In this document: positions 1-12,300 of the stretch, piece by piece
Position numbering within the stretch: position 1 is the first letter of the stretch
Layout of the letters: each line of letters begins with the position of its first letter
From: Heteronotia binoei
Lineage: Eukaryota
Assembly: GCF_032191835.1 (NCBI RefSeq)
Contig: NC_083237.1
Location: forward strand, 682,001 to 746,000
Length of the DNA stretch: 64,000 bases
Direction: 5' to 3'
The notes under the pieces: model-generated
Told to the model about the DNA's origin: nothing
Seen by the model: the letters and a program-made list of their open reading frames with translations, nothing else
Database searches by the model: none
Position numbers and translations under genes: made by a program

Positions 1-317
1 ACACCAGATTATCCCCCAACCCTGGTGTTTTCCATGTGCAGCGTTTCCCCCGTCACAGAAAGGGCTGGGGGAGGATGCCTCTCATTCCATCCCCATCTGT
101 TCCAGCCGCAGGCCAACCTGTGAGCCCTGCACAAATGAGCAGTGCTGAGCTGAGTGCGGGGGTGGGGGGGCTGCAGTGTGCAAAGCTCAGGCGCAGAGGG
201 CGTGGGGCTGTCCTTTCAAAGGCCTCCCATGGGCCATCCATCAGGCCCTCAGCTGCAGGGGGGCGGAGTGAGACATGGCCTGCCTCATATTCTGTCTCTC
301 CTCCCTCCCCCCCGCAG

Positions 318-3300
318 CTCCCCTGAAGCTGGAAAGTTCCCCAGTTGCACCCAAGGCGGATGATCACCGTTCACGGCCCGGCCGGCCAGCAGTGAGTACT
401 GGGGAGGGAGGGGTCTCCACTGATCACCCTTCCTCCCTCCCTCCCTCCACAGCTGCTGGCTTGTCTGTGGAATGTGCAGCCCTCAGGATTCTCTCACAAG
501 GGGAGGGGGGGGTGGCTGCTGCAGCCAGTTCAGGGTCTGCATCTTAACCTCTCTGCCCTTTCTCTTTCTCTCCTGTCCTCCATCTTTCCCTCTGCACAGA
601 GCTATAAGCGGGCAATTGGCGAGGTTAGTGCATCTCCCTGCAGGGTGTCCCCTTCCCACCGCTGCTGCCACCATCAGCACCAGAGGCAGTGCCAGGCCCC
701 CGGAGTGTTAGTGCTGCCCCGTGAGCTTCCTGTTCTCCCCCACCCAGCTGAGTCAGGCACCCTCGGAACTCTCCATGCTCTCCCTTCCCACTTCCCCACC
801 CACCTGTTGCGTTTGGTGGCCGCTGCAGTCTGACCTGGGCAGGCCAAAGCAGGAGCCCCTGATGAAATGGCAGCAGCAGCAGCAGCACAAGGACCAAAGA
901 GAGGGGCTGGCTGTGGGTGTGAGACCCCTCCCACAAAGGAAAGTCCTGGCCCTTTTATCTTCTGAACGGGCTCCTGGTTTTCTCAGCTACTTCACAGTAT
1001 GAAGGGAAAACGCTGTGCTAGCTCAGACTATATAATCCCACACACACATCCCCACGATATACGCAAAACATGCAGAACACCATGTCAGATTCATTCCAAT
1101 TGGCAATAGAACAAAAGTCCACAGTGGACCAATCTCTCTCTCTAATAATAATAATAGTCCACAACAATTACTCCACATGTACTAGTTTTGGATCCAACAG
1201 GATCCAAAAGTCCAGTAAATCCAGATGAGGTTCCGGTATTACTTCTTGTTTTGATACTTCATAATAGAAAATATTTGTAAACACATAAAGTACACATTAC
1301 ACTTCCAAAATCATGCCTGGGCTAGATTTACAAATCACACTGTCAAAGCCAGACCCAGCAAAGCTGTGAACAGAAATGAGCTATGTGCTCATTATACACA
1401 CATCATACCCATCACAGCTATTCAAACATTATGCAAAGGAACCTCCCCCAAAGCTGAACTTAGCTTAACACAAATATCTTCCATGCTCTTTGGCTGCCAG
1501 CAAGCCTGCCTTCCATTATGGAGTGGGAGCCCTCTTATCAGCCCCACCTCAAAACAATCTTAAATAAGATGCTTACAGTTTCCCAGTTCTCTGTTTTGCA
1601 GATCCTTAAAGGGACCAAGCCAAAGTCTGCAGATAAGAACATAAGAGGAGCCATGTTGGATCAGGCCAATGGCCCATCCAGTCCAACACTCTGTGTCACA
1701 TAAGAACATAAGAGAAGCCCTGTTGGATCAGGCCAATGGCCCATCCAGTCCAACGCTCTGTTCACATAAGAACATAAGAGGATCCCTGTTGGATCAGGCC
1801 AAAGGCCCATCCAGTCCAACACTCTGTGTCACATAAGAACATAAGAGGAGCCATGTTGGATCAGGCCAATGGCCCATCTAGTCCAACACTCTGTGTCACA
1901 TAAGAACAGAAGAGAAGCCCTGTTGGATCAGGCCAGTGGCCCATCTAGTCCAACACTCTGTGTCACATAAGAACATAAGAGGAGCCATGTTGGATCAGGC
2001 CAATGGCCCATCTAGTCCAACACTCTGTGTCACATAAGAACATAAGAGAAGCCATGTTGGATCAGGCCAATGGCCCATCTAGTCCAACACTCTGTGTCAC
2101 ATAAGAACATAAGAGGAGCCATGTTGGATCAGGCCAATGGCCCATCTAGTCCAACACTCTGTGTCACATAAGAACATAAGAGAAGCCATGTTGGATCAGG
2201 CCAGTGGCCCATCCAGTCCAACACTCTGTGTCACATAAGAACATAAGAGAAGCCCTGTTGGATCAGGCCAATGGCCCATCTAGTCCAACACTGTGTGTCA
2301 CATAAGAACATAAGAGAAGCCCTGTTGGATCAGGCCAATGGCCCATCCAGTCCAACACTCTGTCACACTGGACAAAAAAAACCCCAGGTGCCATCAGGAG
2401 GTCCACCAGTGGGGTCAGGATACTAGAAGCCTTCCAACTGTGCCCCCCCCCAAGCACCCAGAATACAGAGCATCACTTGCCCCAGACAGAGTTCCAATAA
2501 TACACTCTGGCTAATAGTACTATTTAAAGTGAAATGCTTAGATTTGTATGCTTGGAAATTATTTTATTGCAGGGAACAAATTCATTACATCACACAATAT
2601 TATAAAAATCTAGAGAAGTCCAAATGTTGGTTAAGACCATGTGGTATCAGCCTCTGGAATGTGCCCCTCTCTCATCAGCACATCTTCCTATGAGGATGAC
2701 TCTTCTACGTAAACATTACAAAGAAGCACAGTTCATCTGGTGAATGATTAAACTGGATGAAATGATTCACCAGGGACGAGTCTTCTGTTTGTTTCTAACT
2801 TTAGACTTGTGTTCAGTCGCCCTAGTCCTAACTGGTCTCATGGGCAATACAAGACATAAATCAAATTACATGGGCCATGCAAGACATACACCAGTTTAGA
2901 TGTGGCACATTTGGACAGATGTCTCAAATGTTAGACCCTTTTTTCTTCATTCCAGGCACTGTGAGCCTTTGTGGTGGTGGTTTCTCAGCTACTTCACACA
3001 CACACACACACATCAATGAAGCTGCCTTGTGCTGAATCAGACCCCACTTGGTCCACTGAAGTCATTTCAGCCTATTCAGACTGGGAGCAGAGCAGCCCTC
3101 TCGCTCTCTCTCTCTCTCTCTCCAGGGTCTCAGGCAGAGAACGCTCTCTCCCCTCAACTGCCTTGTCCATTTTAACGGGAGATGCTGCTGCAGGGGATTG
3201 AACTTGGGACCTTCCGCATGCTGGGCAGAGGCTCTTCCGCTGAGCCCCAGGGCCCCTGCCCACTGGAAAAGAGGGAAAGCCTTGATTCCCAGGGGGTGGG

Positions 3301-6300
3301 TTGCTGTTTGGCCAAAGGCCAGGTTGCTTTAGGACCTGCATCAGGCTGCGGGGGGGGGGGGGGGGGGGGCGGGGGGAGGTTGGGACGGGCCTTCTGAGGT
3401 CCTGCCTGCCATCTCCCTCGGCTCCCTGGGGCTTCCCCAGCAGCAAGACTCCCCTCTCCCCTGACGCAAGAAGGGCTGGTGATGCTTCAGCCTGCATTCC
3501 TCCCAACCCCTCCCCCTTCCTCCCTAGAACTTCGTGCTGCTCCGAGAGCGACCAGAGGATGTGGCCCCCAAGCCCCTCAAGAAGGCCATGGACTACTCAT
3601 CCTCCAGCGAGGAAATGGACTCCAGCGAAGAAGAAGAGGAGGAGGAGGAGGCCGAGGGGGAGCGCTCCGACGCTGGCACGGACACCCCAGGGGCCAGGTG
3701 AGGGCAGTGTTGGCACCGACCTGCTGGGTGTTTTGTAGAAACCCACTTTCTGCTCGCTGTGATGAGCTCTGGCCAGGTTCTCAGAAATCCCAAGGAAACG
3801 ATACAAGAGGTCCAGGTTTCATAGAATCATAGAGTTGGAAGGGACCTCCAGGGTCATCTAGTCCAGCCCCCTGCACATTGCAGGAACTTCAGAAATGCCT
3901 TCCCCCCACACATACATCCCCAGTGACCCCTGCAGGCTCCAAGCCCCAAAATGGCAAAAAACCTCCAGGATCCCTGGGGCCAAACCGGCCTGGAGAAAAA
4001 CTGCTGCCTGACCCCAAAATGGCAACAGCATTTCTTGGGCACGTAAGAAAGAACCACAAGAATTATGTACTGATGCAGCCCTTCCTGCCCTCCTCCTCAT
4101 GAGCTGCCTCATTCACAGGATCTTCGTTGCTGTCAGGTGGCCATCGAGCCTCTCCTTAAAAACCTCCAGGGAAGGAGAGCCCACCACCTCCCGAGGAGGA
4201 AGCCTGTTCCGCTGAGGAACTGCTCTGACTGTCAGGAAGTTCTTCCTCATGTTTAGCTGGAAACTCTTGATTTAATTTCATCCGATTGGTTCTGGGGCAA
4301 CAGGAAAAAGCCCTTCTGGGGCAACAGGAAAAAGTTTGCTTACGAGGAAATTTTTGATAAAGTATCAAATGTACCAAAAATGGAGACTAAGCTCCCATCA
4401 GCACAGCGAAGCTTGCCAGAATCCGAGACCACAACGAGGCATCTTGTACCCGAAGTGCTGGCTGCCAGTCAAGTAATCCTTCGTTAAGCTACCCCAAGCT
4501 CTTGAATGTGCCCAGCCGTTCTGCAGTTGGCTTCCTGGGTGGGGGGGGGGGCTCAGGCTTTGGAGATAAGTGTTAGGGGATGTTAGGCGTGCAGGAACCT
4601 TTCCCTGCCTCCCGTTCCCAGGGCTCAGTACGGGGGGGAGAGGACTGGCAGTGCCCCAGTGGTTTCAGAAAGAGAGAACTCTGTGGAAACCATTTACTGA
4701 AGGTTAAAGCCACATGCAGAAACCCTTCAAGAATTTAGTTTGCAGAATATATTAATCCAAAACCCACTACTTAAGAACCTGGTGCCCGGTGATTTTATAA
4801 AGGATCTCTTTGGTGGCTCTGACTCCAGACCCATGACAAGGGGGTTGGCTCAGAACAACCAGGAACCGCAGTAAAACCACACAGTAAGCACCTCTTTCCA
4901 TCCCCAGGAGCCAAGGGAACAGTCAGATCTGTTGAACAAAGCAGGAGTCAAGTGGCACCGTTAAGACCAAAGACCAACCACGTTTTATTCAGAACGTAAG
5001 CTTTTGTGTGCTCTCTAAGCACACTTCATCACACTTCATCGTCTGATACCTGATCCCCTTGTCTGATGAAGTGTGCTTAGAGAGCACACGAAAGCTTACG
5101 TTCTGAATAAAACGTGGTTGGTCTTCAAGGTGCCACTTAACTTCTGTTTTGTTCAGCTGCTTCAGACCAACATGGCTGCCCTCTTGGATCTAGTCAGATC
5201 TGTGATGAGCATCTGACATATTTGACAAACCAGCCCCTCTTATAGAGGGTGGCCATCGGGGGTGAGCGGTCCTGGAGACACACACTGGATTGTGGGGTGC
5301 CTCAGGGAGCAGTTCTCTCCCCGATGTTGTTCAACATCTATATGCGCCCCCTTGCCCAGATTGCCCGGCGGTTTGGGCTGGGTTGCCATCAATATGCAGA
5401 TGACACCCAGCTCTATCTGTTAATGGACGGACGGCCCGACTCCGCCCCAGGGAACCTCGACCGGACTTTACAGGCTGTTGCAACGTGGCTTAGGCTGAGT
5501 GGGCTGAAGTTGAACCCAGCGAAGACAGAGGTCCTTTGTGTGGGTCGCGACGCTCTGGGAGGGGGAATAGCTCTCCCGGCCTTCGACGGTGCGCCATTGA
5601 AAGCAGCGCACCAGGTAAAGAGCCTGGGTGTTCTACTGGAGCCTTCATTATCCATGGAGGCCCAGATAGCAGCCACTGCCAAGTCAGCATTCTTCCACCT
5701 GAAGCGGGCAAGGCAGTTGGCCCCTTTCCTTGAGCGCCGGGACCTCGCAACAGTGATCCATGCAACGGTCACCTCAAGATTGGACTACTGTAATGCCCTC
5801 TACTTGGGGCTACCTTTGTGCCGGACCCGGAAGCTGCAGCTAGTGCAGAACGCGGCGGCCAGGCTGTTGTTGGGACTCCCGAAATGGGAACATATACGGC
5901 CGGGGCTACGTGGACTGCACTGGCTGCCGATTATATACCGGGTCCAGTGCAAAGTGTTGGTCATTACCTTTAAAGCCTTATATGGCCGAGGACCCGCCTA
6001 CCTGAGGGACCGTCTTTCCCCATACGAACCCCAGAGAGCACTGAGGTCAGCCGGGAAAAATCTAATGGCTATCCCTGGACCGAAAGAGATTAAACATCAA
6101 AATATCAGAGCACGGGCCTTTTCAACCGCGGCCCCTGCCCTATGGAACCAACTCCATGAGGAGGTGTGGGCCCTGCGGAACCTTGACCAGTTCCGCAGGG
6201 CCTGCAAGACCACCCTTTTTAAACTTGCTTATTCAGACTGCTAAAGAAGGCTGTTAAATAAGGATCCGCCAATGCGGCTTAAAGACCTAGACCGCTGTGT

Positions 6301-9300
6301 ATAAACTGGCAGAACTAGCGTCAAACATCACCAGCACTGTCAGACCAAACTATCTAATTGTATTGACTGGTTTTTAATGTTGTTAAATAATGTTTTATAT
6401 TGTTAAATTTAAAGGTTTTCTTATTACTGTATGTTATTAAGAAATGTTGTTAGCCGCCCCGAGCCTGCCGAGGCAGGGAGGGCGGGATACAAATGAAAAT
6501 TATTATTATTATTATACAGTAAGGCATGAACTTTGCCTGTAGTTAGAGCAATTTCTGTGAGGACAAGAAGCCCCGACTATCCTGGCGTCTCCTCATATAA
6601 CAATGAATATGACCAGAAGGAGCCCCGTGGCGCAGAGTGGGAAAGCTGCAGTTCTGCAGCCAAACTCTCTGTTCACGATGACCTGAGTTTCGTCCCAGCA
6701 GAAGCTGGGTTCAGGTAGCCAGCTCAAGGTTGACTCAGCCTCCCATCCTTCCGATTTTAATACTGTCAGTAGCTCAGGAAGCTCTTAGTCAAGAGTTCCT
6801 GAGGAGCCTGGGAATCTAATGTTTAGGCTTTGAAACTGGTACCACAAACCTGAGAGACACCAACTATTCTTTCTGGGGCAAAGCACATCAGTGAATCCAC
6901 CCTTGCTCGGGGAAATACAGCACTTAGCAAGACTCGAAGCGTTTTGGGAGAAGAACCAAAGAGAGAGGCCTAAACAGATTCAAGCTGCTGTACTGAACTG
7001 CATTGTCTCGCCTATAACTGCACCACAATCAGACCCATAGCCAGGATTTTAAAGGGGGGGGCATGTAAAAAAGTCAGGAGGCACTTAGCAGCTCCTCTCT
7101 CCTGGCCTCCCCCGCCATGACTCAGTTGGGAGGCTGGCAAATACAGCCGAAGACAGAGTCAGGATACAGGATGATCTTGACAGGCTGGAAAACTGGCCAA
7201 AAACAAAATAAATTTTAACAGGAATAAATGCAAAGTTCTGCATATAGGTAGAAAAAAACCAATGCATAATTAGAGGATGAGGGAGACTTGTCTTGGCAGT
7301 AGTATGTGTGAAAAGGACCTAGGGGTCTTAGTGGACCATCCACTGAACATGAGTCAGTAGTGTGATGTGGTAGCTAAAAAGGCCAGTGCAATTTTGGGCT
7401 GTATCAACAGAAGTATAGCGTCCAGATCACGTGAAGTGATGGTGTCGCTTTGCTCTGCTCTGGTAAGACCTCACCTGGAGTCTTGTGTTCAGTTTTGGGC
7501 ACCACATTTTAAGAAGGATCTAGACAAGCTGAAACGAGTCCAGAGGAAGGGAGCAAAGATGGCGAAGGTTCTGGAGACCAAGTCCTATGAAGAAAGGTTG
7601 AAGGAGATGGGCCTGTTTAGCCTGGAGAGGAGGCAGCTGAGAGGTGATAGGATCACCATCTTCAAGTCCTTGAAGGGCTGTCATGTAGAGGAGGGTGTGG
7701 AATTGTTTTCTGTGGCCCCAGAAAGTAGGACCAGAACCAACAGATTGAAATTAAATCAAAAGATTTTCCGGCTCAACATTAGGAAGAACTTCCTGACCAT
7801 TAGAGCAGTTCCCCAATGGAACAGGCTTCCTCGGGAGGTGGTGGGCTCTCCTACTTTGGAGGTTTTTAAGCAGAGGCTAGACAGCCCTCTGACAGCGATG
7901 CTGATCCTGTGAATTAGGCAGATCATGAGAAGGAGGGCAGGAAGGGTTGCATCAGTGTTTCGTTCTCGTCTTGTGGCCCTTTCTTACATGTTCCTCAGTA
8001 GAACAGGCTTCCTCCTTGGTAGGTGGTGGGCTCTCCCTCCTTCGAGGTTTTTAAGCAGAGTCTAGATGGCCATCTGACAGCAATGAGGATCCTGTGAATT
8101 TAGGGGGAGGTGTTTGTGAGTTTCCTGCATTGTGCAGGCGGTTGGACTAGATGACCCTGGAGGTCCCTTCCAACTCTATGATTCTTTGCCCAGGGAAATG
8201 CTGTTTGTCACTTCAGGGTCAGGCAGCGATTTTTCTCTAGGCCAGTTTGTCCACAGTTCCTGGAAGGGGGGAGGGGTTCCATCATGGGGGCATGGAGCAG
8301 GGGTCACTGGGGGTTCCTGCACTGTGGAGAGGGGTTGGACTAGATGACCCTGGAGGTCCCTCCCTTCCAGCTCTCCTGACCCCTCCTCCCCTCTTCTGTG
8401 GCAGAGATGGCGACACGGACTCCGTGAGCACCATGGTGGTGCACGATGTGGAGGAGCTGACGGGTGGAGGCAGCGGAGGCTCTGAGAGTTCGTACGGCGA
8501 GGGGACCATGCTGGTGCAGCGGGTGAGCAGCTGGCCTGATCCAGCACACATGCACAGTGGCCGTCCTCTTCCTCGGGGCCTGGAGGGAGCTGTCCCTCCC
8601 ACTTGAAGCCACAAAGAAGCTGCTCAGCTGTGGCCTTCCCTACCGGCTTGCAGGCCCCGGGCCCTCAGTGCTGCCCTCGGTGGCCAGGTCCTGCCCCCTG
8701 CAAGTGCCCCCCCAGCACAGGGGGAGGGAACCCTCCTCATCCTGCACCCCTCCCCTCCCCCCAGACTCCCGAGGAAGAGCGGGCCTGCTGCACAGTGACA
8801 GCAACGGCTACACCAACCTGCCGGATGTGGTCCAGCCCAGCCACTCGCCCACGGAGGCCAAGAGCAGCAACGGCTCCTCCTCCCCCAGCAAGGACCCAGC
8901 GACAGACGTGAGTGAGCTCATGAGAGCAAGGGAGGGGATGCCCCCCAGGCCCTCTTGTTTGTGGGCACAGAGAAGCTGCAGGCTCACTTCCTGAAGCCCT
9001 TTCTGGTTATGCTTAAAGCGGGGAGGGGGGGGAGCGATCCTTGTGAGGCAGCTGCCTTCTCCTCTGCCTTCTCAAGGAGGCCCCAAGAAGCAGCACGGAG
9101 GCCTCGGGCACCACCGTGGGAGCAGGAGGGAGACTGACCTTCTTCCTGGGCCTGGAAGTGGAAACCCCCCACCCACCCACCATGCTTCTGCTTTCCCTTC
9201 CTTTGCTGCAGTATCAGTCACGGGGCTTGTCAAAGCGCCTGGGAAAAGCTCCTTCACCATGTTTGTGGATCTGGGCATCTACCAGAGCTCAGGTGGAAGC

Positions 9301-12300
9301 GGAGACGCCGTCCCCATAACCGGTGAGGGGCAGAGGAGGGAGGGGCAAATGGTCTGGGGCACTCTCGGAAGCCAGACGCACAGGGAAGCGTGGCATCTGG
9401 AGGCCTAGGGCCCTGCTTTTATTAGCAAACATCCAGTGTGTTACTCTGCACCAGCTCAGTGCTCGTGGCCCATGAGGCGTGCCCTCCCTCTCAAGAGCTT
9501 GTTCTGGCTCAGCTCGCCCTCATCTCTGCCCCCTGAGGACTGTTCCCTCCAGTTGTGGGGCAGGGGCATCTCAGAGGCTTGAGGCTTGGCTGGGACAGAA
9601 AGAGCAAGAGGGAAATCCCAGCCAGGCTTGAGGAAGACGGAAGGCCCCCCCCTCATCCCCTGTGTGGTGCGTTTGCAGCATTTGACCCCAGTCGCCTGGA
9701 GCAGCTGCAGCTGGAGGCCCGGAAGGGCTCTGTGGTCAACGTGAACCCCACCAACACGCGGCCCCACAGCGACACGCCCGAGATCCGCAAATACAAGAAG
9801 CGCTTCAACTCGGAGATCCTGTGTGCTGCCCTTTGGGGTAAGGCTGGGAAGGGAAGGGGGGGCAGGTGGCTCACGAGGGGGCAGCTCACCACCCACACTC
9901 CCTGCCTCGCGCCCGCAGGAGTCAACTTGCTGGTGGGCACGGGAGAACGGCCTGATGCTCCTGGACCGGAGTGGGCAAGGCAAGGTCTACAGCCTCATCA
10001 ACCGCCGCCGCTTCCAGCAGATGGACGTCTTAGAAGGGCTCAACCTGCTGACCACCATCTCAGGTGAGGCACAAGAAGCCGCAGCAGCAGGCGCCCCCCC
10101 CCCCCCCCATTGGTCAGGCGCTGCAGGCAGAAGCGAGACCCTGAATACAGGAGAAGACAGAGTCAAGGCACAGGCCTGGGAAACTGGGCTAAAACAGATA
10201 AGATGAATTTTAACAGGAATAAATGTAAAGTTCTGCATTTAGATAGGGAAAATCCAATGCATGATTATAGGACCGCAGAGATTTGTCTTATCAGCAGGAT
10301 GTGTGAAAAGGATCTCGGGGTCTTAGTGGACCCTACACTGAACATGAGTCAGCAGTGTGATGTGGTGGCTAAAAAGGCAAATGCAATTTTGAGCTGTATC
10401 AAGAAGAAGAATTGCAGATTTATACCCTGCCCTTCTCCCTGAATCAGAGACTCAGAGCGGCTCACAATCTCCTATGTCTTCTCCCCCCACAACAGACACC
10501 CTGTGAGGTGGGTTCTCCCAGATAAGAGTCCGCACACTTAACCACTACACTAAACTGGCTCTCCAGAGAGCTGCTGCCAGCCATCCAAGTGGAAGGGACT
10601 GGAGTTCTGGACCATGTGGGGTCTGACTCAGGAGCAGGCAGCTGTGAGGCTCACAGGGACAGCTGAGGCAGGACTCCCCGCGGCACCCCCCTTGGCCAGG
10701 GCTCCCAGGCAGCACCCCCCTCGCCCTCCAGTGAGTGACATGTGCTTGGTGCCCCCTCCCCTCCCCTCCCTCCCTCCTAGGGAAGAGGAACAAGCTTCGC
10801 GTCTACTACCTCTCTTGGCTGCGGAACAAAATTTTGCACAACGATCCGGAAGTGGAGAAGAAGCAAGGCTGGACCACCGTGGGAGACATGGAGGGCTGCG
10901 TCCACTACCGTGTGGGTAAGTCTCAGCCGCTCAGGAGGGCAGGGGCGGCGGGAGACGCAGCTGTGCCGTGCACAAAAGCATTCTGAAGGAGGGCTTCGCT
11001 TTCTGGAAGGCTCAGTGAGTGCTTTTCAAAAGGCACAAATTTGCTGGATCGAGCTGCTCTGCTCAGCTTATGGCAGAACCTTCCCACCCTCCCTCCTTGC
11101 CAGACAATAACGTGGGCCAAACCGGGAGCAAACACAAACCCGCAGGCAGATCAAGCGCTGCAGCTGATTCAAGCAAGTGAGCCCTGCCACGCGCCTGCCT
11201 AGATCAGAGCCAGCTGCCAACACAGCAAGGAATTGTACCAAACTCCTCCCCCGCCGGCCGCTGCCCTGGGTTTGCAGCTGGACCCCGCAGCATACAGCCA
11301 ATAATGGGTTTAAATTCAGGGCGGGAAGACACTGCTGGATTTTAGGACAATCCTTCTTACAGTAAGAGCTGTTCAGCGGTGGAATCAGCTCTGGAGGGAG
11401 GTGTGGAGCTCCCCCTCCCAGGCAGCAGCTGGACAAACAGTGGTCCGGGATGTTGTGGGCTGACCGTGCATTGAGCAGGGGGGTGGAAGAGATGGCCTGT
11501 GCGGCTCCCTCCAGCGCTGGGATTCTGTGGTCCCCGTCAGTCAGGGTGGGGTGAACCTTCAGGCGGCCCCCAGGAGGCGCCTGGCTCCATCTTGAACCTG
11601 TGACATTCTTTGCCCCGTGGCAGTTCTGGGGAGTCCTGATTCTTCCTTCTGGCTCTCGCCTGCAGTGAAGTATGAACGGATCAAGTTCCTGGTTATTGCG
11701 CTCAAGAACTCTGTGGAGGTTTACGCCTGGGCCCCAAAGCCCTACCACAAATTCATGGCCTTCAAGGTAAGAGAAGCAGGTTTTTGCTTGTTTAGGAGCA
11801 TGTTGGGCAATGCCAGAGTTTGGGGGGACAGGGGAGCCGGATTCCAGTCCAGCCTGGCATGAAGAGACCTGCGACCTTGCTGGTCCCTCGGGTGGTTCTG
11901 GAGCAGAGCCTGGATCTCCCTCTTGCAGCTGCCCTCTGGGGAACAGGAGGCTTCTGGGACTCTGAAATCTGTTTGGATCCCCTGGGGGTCTCGGGGGGGG
12001 GGGAGGCATTCAGCAGCAAGCAGAACAGCTTGAAGGGAAGGTCTGGAGGGGGGGAGCTTCCACAGAAACCTGCATCCTGACCTGGCCGTGCCCGAGGGGC
12101 CGGTTGCACTTGGCAGTGAGTCTGAAGGGGCAGAAGGAGAGCCCTCTCCTGGATGCCGCTGGAGTCCTTCCTTCTGTCTTTGTGGTTCTTCCTACCGAGC
12201 TTGTTCTTGCCATCAGTGGCTTTCACCAAAAGAGCCTTTCGATCCTGGTCTCCTGGTGGAGAAGCAGGTGTCCATTAGGAAATCGGCCCCCTGTTTGTAG

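Noticed and set aside
859-865. CTGATGA as another hammerhead or C/D-box snoRNA
   Set aside because: No stem II, GAAA or terminal stem follows.
1634-2366. CRISPR-like regular array (also 32778-33390 and 58565-59355)
   Set aside because: Vertebrate DNA; units are contiguous with no unique spacers, there are no cas genes, and the units derive from CR1/SINE sequence.
5976-5985. CArG box CCTTATATGG
   Set aside because: It lies inside L2 coding sequence (KALYG), so it is most likely incidental.
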